A stretch of DNA of 33,889 bases, from assembly GCA_049284255.1 (NCBI GenBank), contig JBAPXO010000330.1, positions 1 through 33,889 on the forward strand, given 5' to 3'. Of this stretch, positions 8,766 to 17,690 are shown one piece after another. The notes beneath the pieces are model-generated. The model had not been told where the DNA came from. It saw only the letters and a program-made list of their open reading frames with translations, and searched no databases. The DNA comes from Solirubrobacteraceae bacterium. GTDB lineage: Bacteria > Actinomycetota > Thermoleophilia > Solirubrobacterales > Solirubrobacteraceae. Every line of letters starts with the position of its first letter. Positions within the stretch are counted from its first letter, which is position 1. The position numbers and the translations under genes are program-made.

Positions 8766-9350
8766 TTATCGGCTGACGAGGACGCTGGCGGCGTCGTAGA
8801 CGAACGGCAGGTCGGCCTCGATATCGCGAAGTAGCGGTGCCGTGGCGTCACGCTGCGACGGGATCAACTCTTCCAGAGGCAGCGGCCAGTGGATCGCCAC
8901 GTCTGGGTCGTTGTAGGCGATGCCCCGCTCGGTGGCATCGGCGTAGTAGCTGCTCTGCTTGTACATGACGTCGGCGACGTCCGTTAGCACACAGAAGCCG
9001 TGCGCGAACCCGATCGGACAGTACGCCGACCGCATGTTCTCCTCGGTCAACTCGAACGCCTCCCACTCGCCGAGGGTCGGCGACCCTCGCCGGATGTCGA
9101 CCATCACGTCGACGATCGCGCCTCGGGCGCAACGCACCAGCTTCGCCGCGCCGTCGCCAATCTGAAAGTGCATTCCGCGCACGATCCCCTTGCGCGAACG
9201 CGAGTGGTTGTCCTGAACCATCTCCTCGATGATCCCCAGCTCGGCAAACGCCTCGCGGCGGTAGGTCTCGCAGAAGAACCCCCGCTCGTCGCCGAGCACC
9301 CGGGGCTCGATCAGGGTCGGCCCATCGAGCCGAGTCTTGAGACGCTTCAT
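8766..9350 (-). CDS. rfbC: dTDP-4-dehydrorhamnose 3,5-epimerase
   Basis: DERGFFCETY, VQDNHSRS, RGMHFQ, KLVRC, DVMVDIRRGSPTLGEW, GFAHGF, YNDPDVAIHWP. Confidence 0.93.
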   Translation of the reverse strand: MKRLKTRLDGPTLIEPRVLGDERGFFCETYRREAFAELGIIEEMVQDNHSRSRKGIVRGMHFQIGDGAAKLVRCARGAIVDVMVDIRRGSPTLGEWEAFELTEENMRSAYCPIGFAHGFCVLTDVADVMYKQSSYYADATERGIAYNDPDVAIHWPLPLEELIPSQRDATAPLLRDIEADLPFVYDAASVLVSR

Positions 9351-9377
9351 CTGTTCCCCTTTGATTGCTATTGATCG

Positions 9378-10262
9378 TCAGACGGCCGCGCCAGCCCGCA
9401 GGCCAGCGAGTTCCAGGTAATCGGCGAGCGCCGTGCGCCAGGACCGCAGCGCCGGCAGGCCGGCTCGTGCGGAGGCGGTGGATCGCAGGACGCCGTTCAG
9501 CGGACGATCCGCGGCGCCCGGGGCAATCGTGGTAATCCCTTCCTCGACCGACACCTCGACGCCCGCCAGCTCCATGATCGCCTCGGTGAAACCGTGCCAG
9601 CTGGTCGCGCCGGAGTTCGTGATGTGCAGAGTCCCCGTGACGCCGGCATCGACCGCGGCCACGAGCCCGCTCGCGAGATCGGCGGTGAAGGTCGGCGTGA
9701 GCTGCTGGTCCGCGACGACCTTGAGCGCGCCCTGCTCGCGAGCGCGGGCGATCATCCGGGTCACGAAATTGCCGCCCTTTGAAGCGCTCCCATGTAGGCC
9801 GTAGAGCCCGGCGGTGCGAGCGACGAGCGCCCCTGGGGCGTAGGCCAAGGCGGCGTGCTCGCCGGCGAGCTTGGAGATCGCGTAGATGCTCCTCGGGTTC
9901 GGCAGGGCGTCCTCGTCGTACGGCTCGGTGGCGCTGCCGTCAAACACGTAGTTGGTGCTCAGGTGAATGAACTGAGCGCCCACCGCCGCGCACCCGGCGG
10001 CCAGGCGCTTGACCGCCCGCGCATTGACTGCGAACGCCCGGTCCTCCTCTCGTTCGCACACCTCCACGTTGTGGAAAGCGGCGCAGTTGAACACGATTGT
10101 GGGGCGAAACTCGGCGAACACCGATTCGACCGCAGCGTCATCGGTGATGTCGAAGTCGGTGCGAGCCGGCGCGTAAACCTGGCCGCCCCCGCGAAGCAGA
10201 GCTTCGAGATCGGAGGCCAGCTGGCCCCCACCCCCCGTGATCAGAGCCCGCGCCGTGCTCAT
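9378..10262 (-). CDS. rfbD: dTDP-4-dehydrorhamnose reductase (RmlD-family SDR)
   Basis: ALITGGGGQLASDL, NCAAFHNVEVCE, HLSTNYVFDG, PYDEDALPNPRSIYAISKLAGE, VADQQLTPT. ATG 10262 overlaps the upstream TGA (ATGA). Confidence 0.88.
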   Translation of the reverse strand: MSTARALITGGGGQLASDLEALLRGGGQVYAPARTDFDITDDAAVESVFAEFRPTIVFNCAAFHNVEVCEREEDRAFAVNARAVKRLAAGCAAVGAQFIHLSTNYVFDGSATEPYDEDALPNPRSIYAISKLAGEHAALAYAPGALVARTAGLYGLHGSASKGGNFVTRMIARAREQGALKVVADQQLTPTFTADLASGLVAAVDAGVTGTLHITNSGATSWHGFTEAIMELAGVEVSVEEGITTIAPGAADRPLNGVLRSTASARAGLPALRSWRTALADYLELAGLRAGAAV

Positions 10263-11365
10263 AGCGCAGCCCGGAACTGGTCGATCTGCGGCGTCAGCTC
10301 GCTTAGCAGCTCGAGCCAGCGGATGTTGTAGAAGCGCGGGTCGGTGAGCATCGTCCGATCCTCGACGTCGATCTCGGCGAGGATGCTGTCGATCGCCTCC
10401 ACCACCGAGTGGCAGGGCTGGAAGCCGAGGCGACCGGCGAGCTTCGCGTTTGAGCACTCGTAGTCGCGTGTGAGCCGCGGGGCGGGCTCCTCCTTGAGCG
10501 TGACCGAGCGACCAAGCAGTTGGACCGAGCCGGCCACCAACATCGCCAGCTCGCGGATCTGGTAGTTCGAGTGCAGGACGTTGAAGATCTCGCCACGCAC
10601 GAGCTCTGAGGGGGCCTCCATGGCGGCGATCATCGCGTCCGCCACGTCGCGCACGTCGACCAGCGGGCGCCACATCCACCCGCCACCGTGCAGCGAGAGC
10701 TGGCCCTTGAGCAGCGCGTCCTTGACGAACGTGTTCACGACGAGGTCAAAACGCATCCGCGGGCTGTGTCCGTACACCGTCCCGTTGCGGAGCATGACGG
10801 GGCACAGGCCGTCGTCGACGAGCCCAAGGAGGGCTTGCTCGCCGTAGCGCTTGGAGGTCGCGTACGCGCCGCGTGGCTCGATCGGCGCACGCTCGTCGTG
10901 CATGCCCGGCGGCATCCCGTCATACAGCGAGCACGACGAGGCGAACACGAGGCGCTCGACGCCGCGGTCGACGCAGTTGCGCCCTAGCGTCTCGGTGGCG
11001 ACCGCGTTCATCTGCCAGTTCGCTTCAGGGTCATATTCGGCTGTGGGATCGTTCGACAGCCCCGCCAGGTGGATCACCGCGTCGACGCCGTCAAGCGCGG
11101 TCGCGGGCATGTCGCGCACGTCCGCCTCCGTCAGCTCAACCCGGTCGAGGATCGCCCCGATTGGGCCGCGGCCCCAGTAGAGCCGATCGAGGAGCCGTAC
11201 GCGGTAGCCCCGGTCCAGTAGGCGCTGGGTGAGAACACAACCGATGTACCCGGCGCCGCCGGTCACCAGAATCAGACGTCCAGGATCGGGCGCTAGGGGC
11301 GACAGCCCGTTGGTTCGGCGGGCCAGCGGCGCCATCGCCGCGCGTCGGGTGCCGTTGTCGGTCAT
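10259..11365 (-). CDS. NAD-dependent epimerase/dehydratase (extended SDR)
   Basis: ILVTGGAGYIG, VIHLAGLSNDP, LVFASSCSLY, YATSK, LRNGTVYGHSPRMRFDLVVN, WRPLVDVRDVA. ATG 11365 is preceded by GGAG. Confidence 0.88.
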   Translation of the reverse strand: MTDNGTRRAAMAPLARRTNGLSPLAPDPGRLILVTGGAGYIGCVLTQRLLDRGYRVRLLDRLYWGRGPIGAILDRVELTEADVRDMPATALDGVDAVIHLAGLSNDPTAEYDPEANWQMNAVATETLGRNCVDRGVERLVFASSCSLYDGMPPGMHDERAPIEPRGAYATSKRYGEQALLGLVDDGLCPVMLRNGTVYGHSPRMRFDLVVNTFVKDALLKGQLSLHGGGWMWRPLVDVRDVADAMIAAMEAPSELVRGEIFNVLHSNYQIRELAMLVAGSVQLLGRSVTLKEEPAPRLTRDYECSNAKLAGRLGFQPCHSVVEAIDSILAEIDVEDRTMLTDPRFYNIRWLELLSELTPQIDQFRAAL

Positions 11366-11497
11366 GCGGTTAACACTCCTGCCAGTTCGAAGATCCAATA
11401 ACTGCCTCAGTAACGGCCGAGCGCGAAACCTTCTTTCGACCCTCCCTCGGACGGCCACAGAGCAAGTCTCACCCCCGTCGCGGCGTTGATCCTCCAG

Positions 11498-13672
11498 ATG
11501 CGCACGATGCGTCGCTTCCTCGTGAACCACCGCTGGCTCTTGGCCGTGCTCCTGGCGAGCACGGTGTTCGCCGCCGTCTGCGCCAAGCTGAACACCTCGG
11601 GCAACCTGACCGTGGCGGGCGCGACCAGCCACGTCATGATCGACTATCCGAACGCGTCGATCGTCGACCGCAGCGCCATCGGCACCGCGCAGGACGATCT
11701 CGCGCTGCTCCAGCAGCACGCCACGCTCTACGCCAGCCTGATGACGACGCCCCCCGTCCTCGACGCGATCGGTAAGCGGATGGGCGTGCCCGGCGGTCGG
11801 ATCTCGGGCATCGCCGACATCACCGTCCCCGCACCCATCCAGTTCACCATGGCCGGAAGTGAGGAGCATGCCAGCCAGCTGGTAGCCTCCGAGGCGCCCT
11901 ACCGGCTCGAGCTCCAGCCCTCACTCTCCGAGCCGATTCTCACCATCTACGCAGAAGCGCCATCGGTCGACGGCGCGCTGCGTCTGGCTACCTCGGCTTC
12001 TTTGGGCCTCGGGGACTACCTGCGATCGGTGGCCCAGCAACAAGGCTTCCCCAGACAGGAGCTTCCACAGCTCCGTGCGCTGGGCAGCCCGCGAGGCGGA
12101 GTCTCGAACAGCAAGGCAAAGCTAGAGATCGCCGGGCTGACCTTCATCACCGCATTCGCGCTCAGCTTCGTCGTCCTGCTTCTGCTCCTGCGCCGCCGCT
12201 GGCGAGGCGCTGAGAGGGATTCCTCGCGGCCGCCACGGCGATCACGCCTCACCGGACGCGCCGCGGCCGACTGGCCGCGCACCACGCGCCTACTCCCGTG
12301 GTCGATCGCCGGGCTGATCGCGATGATCTGGTTGACGCCGTTCGACCGTCTCCAGCTGGGCGGCGGGGGAGCGCCAATCAATATCACGCTCGATCGGGTA
12401 GTGATCCCGATCGTGGCGGTGATCTGGTTGATCGCGTTCACCGCCGGCCCGGGTGCCGCGCCCCGGCTTCAGCTCACGCGCGTCCACCTCGCGATGGGCG
12501 CATACCTGACCTGCGCGTTCCTGAGCGTCGTCCTCGACGCCCACTTCCTAAATCATACGGGCGAGCTGGCAATCTCCGTCAAGAAAGTTCCGCTGCTCGT
12601 GTCGTACGTATCGATCTTTGTGATCGTTGCCAGCTCGATCCGTAGGAGCGAGGTGCGGGCATTCATAACGTTCACGCTCGTGCTGGCGGTAATCGTCGGC
12701 CTCGAAGCGATCTACGAGTACCACACCCACCAGGATCTGTTCCTGACCCTGCTCGGGCACTTGGGACCGTTTAAGCTCTCTGCCGCCGATACGGCGAACG
12801 CCACGGTGCTCGACAGCCAAGGCCGGTTCGACCTGCAGGGCCCGACCGATTACGGGGCCGAGCTCGTGGGAATCCTCTCGATGGCCCTGGCGATCGCGCT
12901 ACTGAGATTCCTAAAGGCGACATCGCTGCGGCAGCGGATTCTCTACGGCGTGCCTATCGGCCTCCTGCCCTACGCGATGTTCGCCACGGAGCGGAAAACA
13001 GCGCTGGTCGCTCCGGCCATCGCCTTCCTGACGATCGCGTACTTCCGCCGACGGCGGCTTCTCTCGCTGGCGCCCCTGATCCTCGTGCTCGCCGTCGGGG
13101 CGGTCGCAATCTCACCGCAGACCTTCGGCCACGTCGTCTCCCAGTTCACAGGGGCGGACGCCACGAAAACGGCGACGGTCGATGCGCGCACGGCCAACTT
13201 CGACGCCGTCCGCCCGGACCTCTGGAGCCACTTGCTCCTCGGCCGCGGTCAGGGCTCGTACGCGCCGCCCAACGACCGGATCGTCGACTCGGACATCATC
13301 CTCCCGCTGATCGAGACGGGCGTGCTTGGCCTGGCGGCCTTCCTGCTGATCCCGCTCTCGCTGTTTTCTCTGGCGCGCAGGAAGGCGTCCGAACCCTCTG
13401 AGGCGGACTCCACGGCTGCACTCGTCGGTGTGACGGCGGCGACGATCCTCTTATGCCTCGCCACCCTCTACAGCTTTATGTCGTTGCCGCACGGCCCGGA
13501 TGTGTTCATGTACCTGGCCGGCCTCACGGTTGTCGCTCTCGGGTCGGACGGAGAGCCTCGAGGAGTTCCCCGCGCGCGTCATCATCGCCTCGCGCGCGGC
13601 GACCGGAGACGCATTGGCCATCCCGCCCCCATACTCACGGCACCGGCGCAGCAACTGCGCCACCGTGCGTAA
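11498..13672 (+). CDS. Fusion: N-terminal Wzz/PCP-like two-TM domain + Wzy/O-antigen-ligase-family polymerase
   Basis: The first ~235 aa have TM-extracellular-TM topology, with SHVMIDYP and PILTIYAEAPS motifs shared with three paralogues. The rest has about 10 TM segments and Wzy_C-like features (IVGLEAIYEY, LQGP, ATERKTALV, DAR..LLGRGQGSY, IETGVLGL). Confidence 0.8.
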   Translation: MRTMRRFLVNHRWLLAVLLASTVFAAVCAKLNTSGNLTVAGATSHVMIDYPNASIVDRSAIGTAQDDLALLQQHATLYASLMTTPPVLDAIGKRMGVPGGRISGIADITVPAPIQFTMAGSEEHASQLVASEAPYRLELQPSLSEPILTIYAEAPSVDGALRLATSASLGLGDYLRSVAQQQGFPRQELPQLRALGSPRGGVSNSKAKLEIAGLTFITAFALSFVVLLLLLRRRWRGAERDSSRPPRRSRLTGRAAADWPRTTRLLPWSIAGLIAMIWLTPFDRLQLGGGGAPINITLDRVVIPIVAVIWLIAFTAGPGAAPRLQLTRVHLAMGAYLTCAFLSVVLDAHFLNHTGELAISVKKVPLLVSYVSIFVIVASSIRRSEVRAFITFTLVLAVIVGLEAIYEYHTHQDLFLTLLGHLGPFKLSAADTANATVLDSQGRFDLQGPTDYGAELVGILSMALAIALLRFLKATSLRQRILYGVPIGLLPYAMFATERKTALVAPAIAFLTIAYFRRRRLLSLAPLILVLAVGAVAISPQTFGHVVSQFTGADATKTATVDARTANFDAVRPDLWSHLLLGRGQGSYAPPNDRIVDSDIILPLIETGVLGLAAFLLIPLSLFSLARRKASEPSEADSTAALVGVTAATILLCLATLYSFMSLPHGPDVFMYLAGLTVVALGSDGEPRGVPRARHHRLARGDRRRIGHPAPILTAPAQQLRHRA

Positions 13673-13705
13673 GTCTGGCTATCTGCCGGGCGTTGGTTTG
13701 ACACG

Positions 13706-14479
13706 GTGCGCATTGGTATTCGCATGCGACGGCTCTGGCGGCTGAAGCTCGGCATGATGCTCAGCCTCGTGCTCGCGCTGCTGGCTGCCATCTGGAGCGT
13801 CGAAAAGATCAGCCTGATACCGCCGGGATTGTCGTCGCGGTCGGGGTTGGAGATGGCGACCGCGCACACGGAGGTGCTGGTTGACACGCCCCAATCCATC
13901 ATGACGAACCTCCGTGAGAACTCCTACAGCATCGACGGGCTCGTCAACCGTGCCGTCGTGCTCGGCAACGTGATTGCGAGCACGCCGGTGGAGGCGAGAA
14001 TCGCGCAGCGCGCCAATGTTCCGGCGGCGCTGCTGCGAATCCAGGCGCCGATCACGGTGCACGTGGCGTCGCTGCCGCTGGACTCCCAGGACGCGCGGAG
14101 CATGACCGACATTCTCAAGTCCAACGAGCAGTATCGCATCGCGATCGAAGCCAGCCCGACTGTCCCGATGCTCGATATCTACGCCCAGACGCCCACCGCG
14201 GAGAGCGCGGCCGCATTGGCCAACGCTGCAGTAGACGAGCTGAAGGCGTACGTGTCGAGGCTGGCAAGCAGCCAGGCGACGCCGGCCAATGACCAAATCC
14301 GGATCGAGCAATTGGGCCGCGCCACGGGGTTGGTGATCAATCCTGGCGTCAAGTACCAGGTGGCCCTGTTGGTCTTCATCCTCACCTTCCTGCTGGCCTG
14401 CGCGACGACGATCTTCACCTCGCGGATCCGCGCGGGATGGCGACTAGAGGAGCTGTCCGACCGGACGGCGCGGGCCTGA
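13706..14479 (+). CDS. Wzz/polysaccharide co-polymerase-like membrane protein
   Basis: N- and C-terminal TM helices; TEVLVDTPQSIM; PMLDIYAQTPTAESAAALANAA. Lies in an operon with the Wzy fusion. Confidence 0.72.
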   Translation: MRIGIRMRRLWRLKLGMMLSLVLALLAAIWSVEKISLIPPGLSSRSGLEMATAHTEVLVDTPQSIMTNLRENSYSIDGLVNRAVVLGNVIASTPVEARIAQRANVPAALLRIQAPITVHVASLPLDSQDARSMTDILKSNEQYRIAIEASPTVPMLDIYAQTPTAESAAALANAAVDELKAYVSRLASSQATPANDQIRIEQLGRATGLVINPGVKYQVALLVFILTFLLACATTIFTSRIRAGWRLEELSDRTARA

Positions 14480-14491
14480 CGCCGCCGAGCG

Positions 14492-15238
14492 ATGGAGCTG
14501 CTTCCGATCCTGCGATGGGTGTGGCGCCGGCGGTTGGTGCTCGGCGGAGCACTGATCGCCTCGGTCGCGGCGTTCGTCGTGCTGGGGGGCAGCCGGTCGT
14601 CCCGAGCCACCAGTGCGGTCGCCTGGACGCAGGTGACGCTTGACACCCCGCGCTCCCAACTAGTCGCGGCAGCGCCGGCGGGCGCAGACACCCTGTCCTG
14701 GCGGGCGTCGCTGCTGACGCATTTGATGGCGACCGACACCTCGTCACGCGAGCTCGCCCAACGTCTCGGCCTGACCCAGAACGAACTCGCCGTAGTCGAT
14801 CCGAGTTTCGCCGCGCCGATCGTCCAGACCTCGATGGCGGTGGCCTCGGCCGAGGCCGCCTCCCTGGTAGCGACGCCGTACAGCTTGGCTGTCTTCCTTC
14901 CAGATCCCGGGCTTCCGGTGGTCTCGATCGAGGCGGGCGCACCGCAGCCCTCCGCCGCCGAGCGGCTCGCCACGGCGGCCGTCGCCATCCTGAAGTCGCA
15001 AGGATCGCCAGGGGGACGCTTCAGTTCGCTGATCCCGACCGACGGCGATGCGCGAAGTCGAACACTCCAGCCGTTCGCGATCGATCAAGTCGCGCCGGTA
15101 CGGGTGAGGCTGTTTCCCGCCTCGACGCTCTCGCTCAAGGCCATCGCCGGAGCGCTAATCGTCTTTCTGCTGTGGTGCGTCCTCGGCTGCCGGCTCGCGT
15201 GCCGACTTCGCCCACGCAGCCGTGCGCTAGCCGCCTAA
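14492..15238 (+). CDS. Wzz/polysaccharide co-polymerase-like membrane protein
   Basis: MELLPILRWVWRRRLVL (Wzz-like N-terminus); TQVTLDTPRSQLV; PVVSIEAGAPQPSAAERLATAA; C-terminal TM. Confidence 0.72.
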   Translation: MELLPILRWVWRRRLVLGGALIASVAAFVVLGGSRSSRATSAVAWTQVTLDTPRSQLVAAAPAGADTLSWRASLLTHLMATDTSSRELAQRLGLTQNELAVVDPSFAAPIVQTSMAVASAEAASLVATPYSLAVFLPDPGLPVVSIEAGAPQPSAAERLATAAVAILKSQGSPGGRFSSLIPTDGDARSRTLQPFAIDQVAPVRVRLFPASTLSLKAIAGALIVFLLWCVLGCRLACRLRPRSRALAA

Positions 15239-15339
15239 CTACTTCCCGCGGAATACGTTGCGGTTCGAGCGGCATTTTCCGTCCGGTGTCACGATGAGAA
15301 TTGCCTTCAAGTGAGCGATGCTTCTCGTTGAAGAAGAGT

Positions 15340-16175
15340 GCTGGCCGACGCTCTTGAGGGGCCAGTCGGAGTGCGTGTGGGACGACGCGTTGCCGTTCGA
15401 GGTGAAGGAACTGTCGGACGATCTGGCGGCGCTGGATGGGTTGTTATCAGATCACGAGTTGCCGTGGGCGGGTGGAGCGGTGGCAGCGGAGTTTCACGAC
15501 ACGAGGCGGGCGGTGTTGACCGGGGGTCGGCCGACGCTCACGTTGGAGACATACGCGCGATTGATGGTGCCAGCAGCGCTACCGGTGGGGGTGTCAGACG
15601 TTAGTCGGCTTCAGCACTTCGGTCTTGCCTCCCCCGAGCGGCGGCGGATCGTCCGCGAGATCGCCCGCAGCTTGCGCCCCATCGACCGCGAGCGATCCCG
15701 CGCCCGTCGCTGCTTCTCGGCCCACCAGGTGGGCCAGCTTGCGCGCTTCCCTGGCCAGCACTCTCACGCCACTCGACGCTGGCCCCGAGTCGGTCGGATA
15801 CTCCACGTCCGCGTGGATCACGGTCGAGTCGATCCTCACCGCCCGCGGCCTTGACCGCATCTCCTGGTCGCCTTGACGATCAACGCGCGCGTCAGGTCCG
15901 CCACCGTCTCGACACCGATCCGTGTGGTCAGCTTGCGCACCCGTCGACCGAACACCAAGCCCCGCGCGCTGGGACTAATCCTGGAGCGTCGAGCGCGATA
16001 GGCAGCCGGGGCCGAGAATACGCTGCTGCCCGGACCTGTCGGCGAGCTCGAGCGGCTCCGGATGTCGATCCAGGACGTCACACTCGACGGCGGGTTCGTG
16101 CCGGCCCGACCAACGCCGCGCTCAAGCTCCTTCATCCGAAGACGGTGTCATAGCGGGCCGACAGCAGCCAGCATT
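15340..16175. mobile_element. Decayed ISNCY/IS5-like DDE transposase with inverted internal segment
   Basis: + strand: WDDALPFEVKELSDDLAALDGLLSD..GRPTLTLETYARLMV. - strand (~15945-15600): VRKLTTRIGVETVADLTRALIVKA and RAVRIDSTVIHADVEYPTDSG. + strand again: ENTLLPGPVGELERL..VTLDGGF and PTNAAL. Confidence 0.75.
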
Positions 16176-16255
16176 CCTAGTGAGCGGTCCTGCGCCTGCA
16201 ACGCTACTGCACCGGCGCCGAGGGCCGGATGAGCCACTTCAAACGACGCTACGCC

Positions 16256-17359
16256 CTAGTGTCCTGAAGGTTTTTCCGCGGCACGTAACTGATCCGGACC
16301 GGGAACGGCGCCACGCACAGCATCGGAGTGGCGCGTGATCGGCGTTAGCGCAGTACCGTCGGCGTTCGCCACCCCCGGAGCCAGCCACCCCGTCCGCAGC
16401 TCCGAGTCGCCGGTGTTCACCGAGACCGGGCTGGTGATCGCCGCGAACGGCACCGGCCGGCGCCCGACCACTGTCGCGACTACGGTACGGCTTGCCGCAC
16501 GTTTCTGGTGGCCGAGTTCGCCAGTGCCGGCGTACCCAACCCGCAGCAGATGTCGCAGCAGCACGGCCCCCCTGTACAGCGCCCGGTGGCCGGGCGAGAA
16601 GTGCTTGCGCGCGTACATGATGCGCGTCACCGCGTAAAGGCTCTCGACGTGCGGCTTGACGCCGTCCTTGGTCACGCCCTTGTGCAGGATCGTCATCTGC
16701 GGCAGGTGCCGAATCTCCCACCCTGCCGTTTTGACCCGGCGGCAGAGATCAGTCTCCTCAGCGTACATGAAGAAGCGCTCGTCGAACCAACCCGCGCTCT
16801 CTAGCGCCTCGCGACGCACGAGCATGAACGAGCCCGTCGTCCAGTCGCATGGGAACTCCTGGTCGTACCGGCGCGGGTCGAGCTCACGTTCGCCCAGCCA
16901 GCGCGGCCGCCGCCGCAGCCGGCCGGCCGACAGGGCATCGCCGAGCGCACGCAGCGCGTTGGGAAAGTAGTAGGCCGTGGGACACAGCAAGCCGTCCTCG
17001 CTGACGATCTGACGGCAGCCGACGAGCCCGACCGTCGGACGCGCGTCCATCAGCGCCACCAAGTCGGCAAACGTGCCGTCGATGATCTCCGTGTCCGGGT
17101 TTAGGAAGAGCACGTAACGCGCATTGCAGGTCATCAGCGCGCGGTTGTTGGCGTGACCGAAGCCGTGGTTCGCCGACCATACCGTGCGCGCCTCGGGAAA
17201 CTGGTTGGTGACGAGCTCGGCCGTTCCGTCTCGCGAGTCGTTGTCTACCACGACTACGTCGGCGCTGATCTCGCCGACGTGGTCGACCACAGTCGGCAGC
17301 AGGGCCTGAATCCAGTGGGACTCGTTCGTCGAGATGGTGATGATCGCGAGATCGTGCAC
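16256..17359 (-). CDS. Glycosyltransferase family 2 (WbbL-like, possible rhamnosyl/deoxyhexosyl transferase)
   Basis: VVVVDNDSRDGT, NHGFGHANN, YVLFLNPDT, TGSFMLVRREALESAGWFDERFFMYAEETDLC. Confidence 0.9.
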   Translation of the reverse strand: MHDLAIITISTNESHWIQALLPTVVDHVGEISADVVVVDNDSRDGTAELVTNQFPEARTVWSANHGFGHANNRALMTCNARYVLFLNPDTEIIDGTFADLVALMDARPTVGLVGCRQIVSEDGLLCPTAYYFPNALRALGDALSAGRLRRRPRWLGERELDPRRYDQEFPCDWTTGSFMLVRREALESAGWFDERFFMYAEETDLCRRVKTAGWEIRHLPQMTILHKGVTKDGVKPHVESLYAVTRIMYARKHFSPGHRALYRGAVLLRHLLRVGYAGTGELGHQKRAASRTVVATVVGRRPVPFAAITSPVSVNTGDSELRTGWLAPGVANADGTALTPITRHSDAVRGAVPGPDQLRAAEKPSGH

Positions 17360-17690
17360 GTCACAGTAACGTCCCGGGAGAGCGCGGTTTTGCGCCGCTG
17401 CGCTAATTGTTCGCGCTATCGGACCAACAGAACCACCGCTTCAGCACACAGATCCCTTCGAGTCTCGTGATTGCTTCCGCCGGGGTCCACGCGCGCCTGT
17501 TTGAGCGCCTTGGCGATACTGCCTCCGCCGCTCCGGACCCCGAGACGCGGCACCGCGGAAGAGCGTGCCCCATCACCACGTTGGTCAATGAGACCGTAAA
17601 GCGTCTACCTCTGCCGAAAATGCGAAAGTTCCCTGCTGACCCAGGCGCCGTTGCACGGCTCCCACTACCGCTCGTGCGCGAGAGAAATAG

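Noticed and set aside
1577..11373. Exact 12-mer TTAACCGCATGA at 1577-1588 (+) and 11362-11373 (-) as a shared operator
   Set aside because: 12-bp matches are expected by chance in 34 kb, and the two positions are not equivalent relative to gene starts.
10263..11869. Long N-terminal extensions of ORFs 9378..10679 and 10259..11869
   Set aside because: They overlap neighbouring real genes; the motif-based starts at 10262 and 11365 give clean operon junctions.
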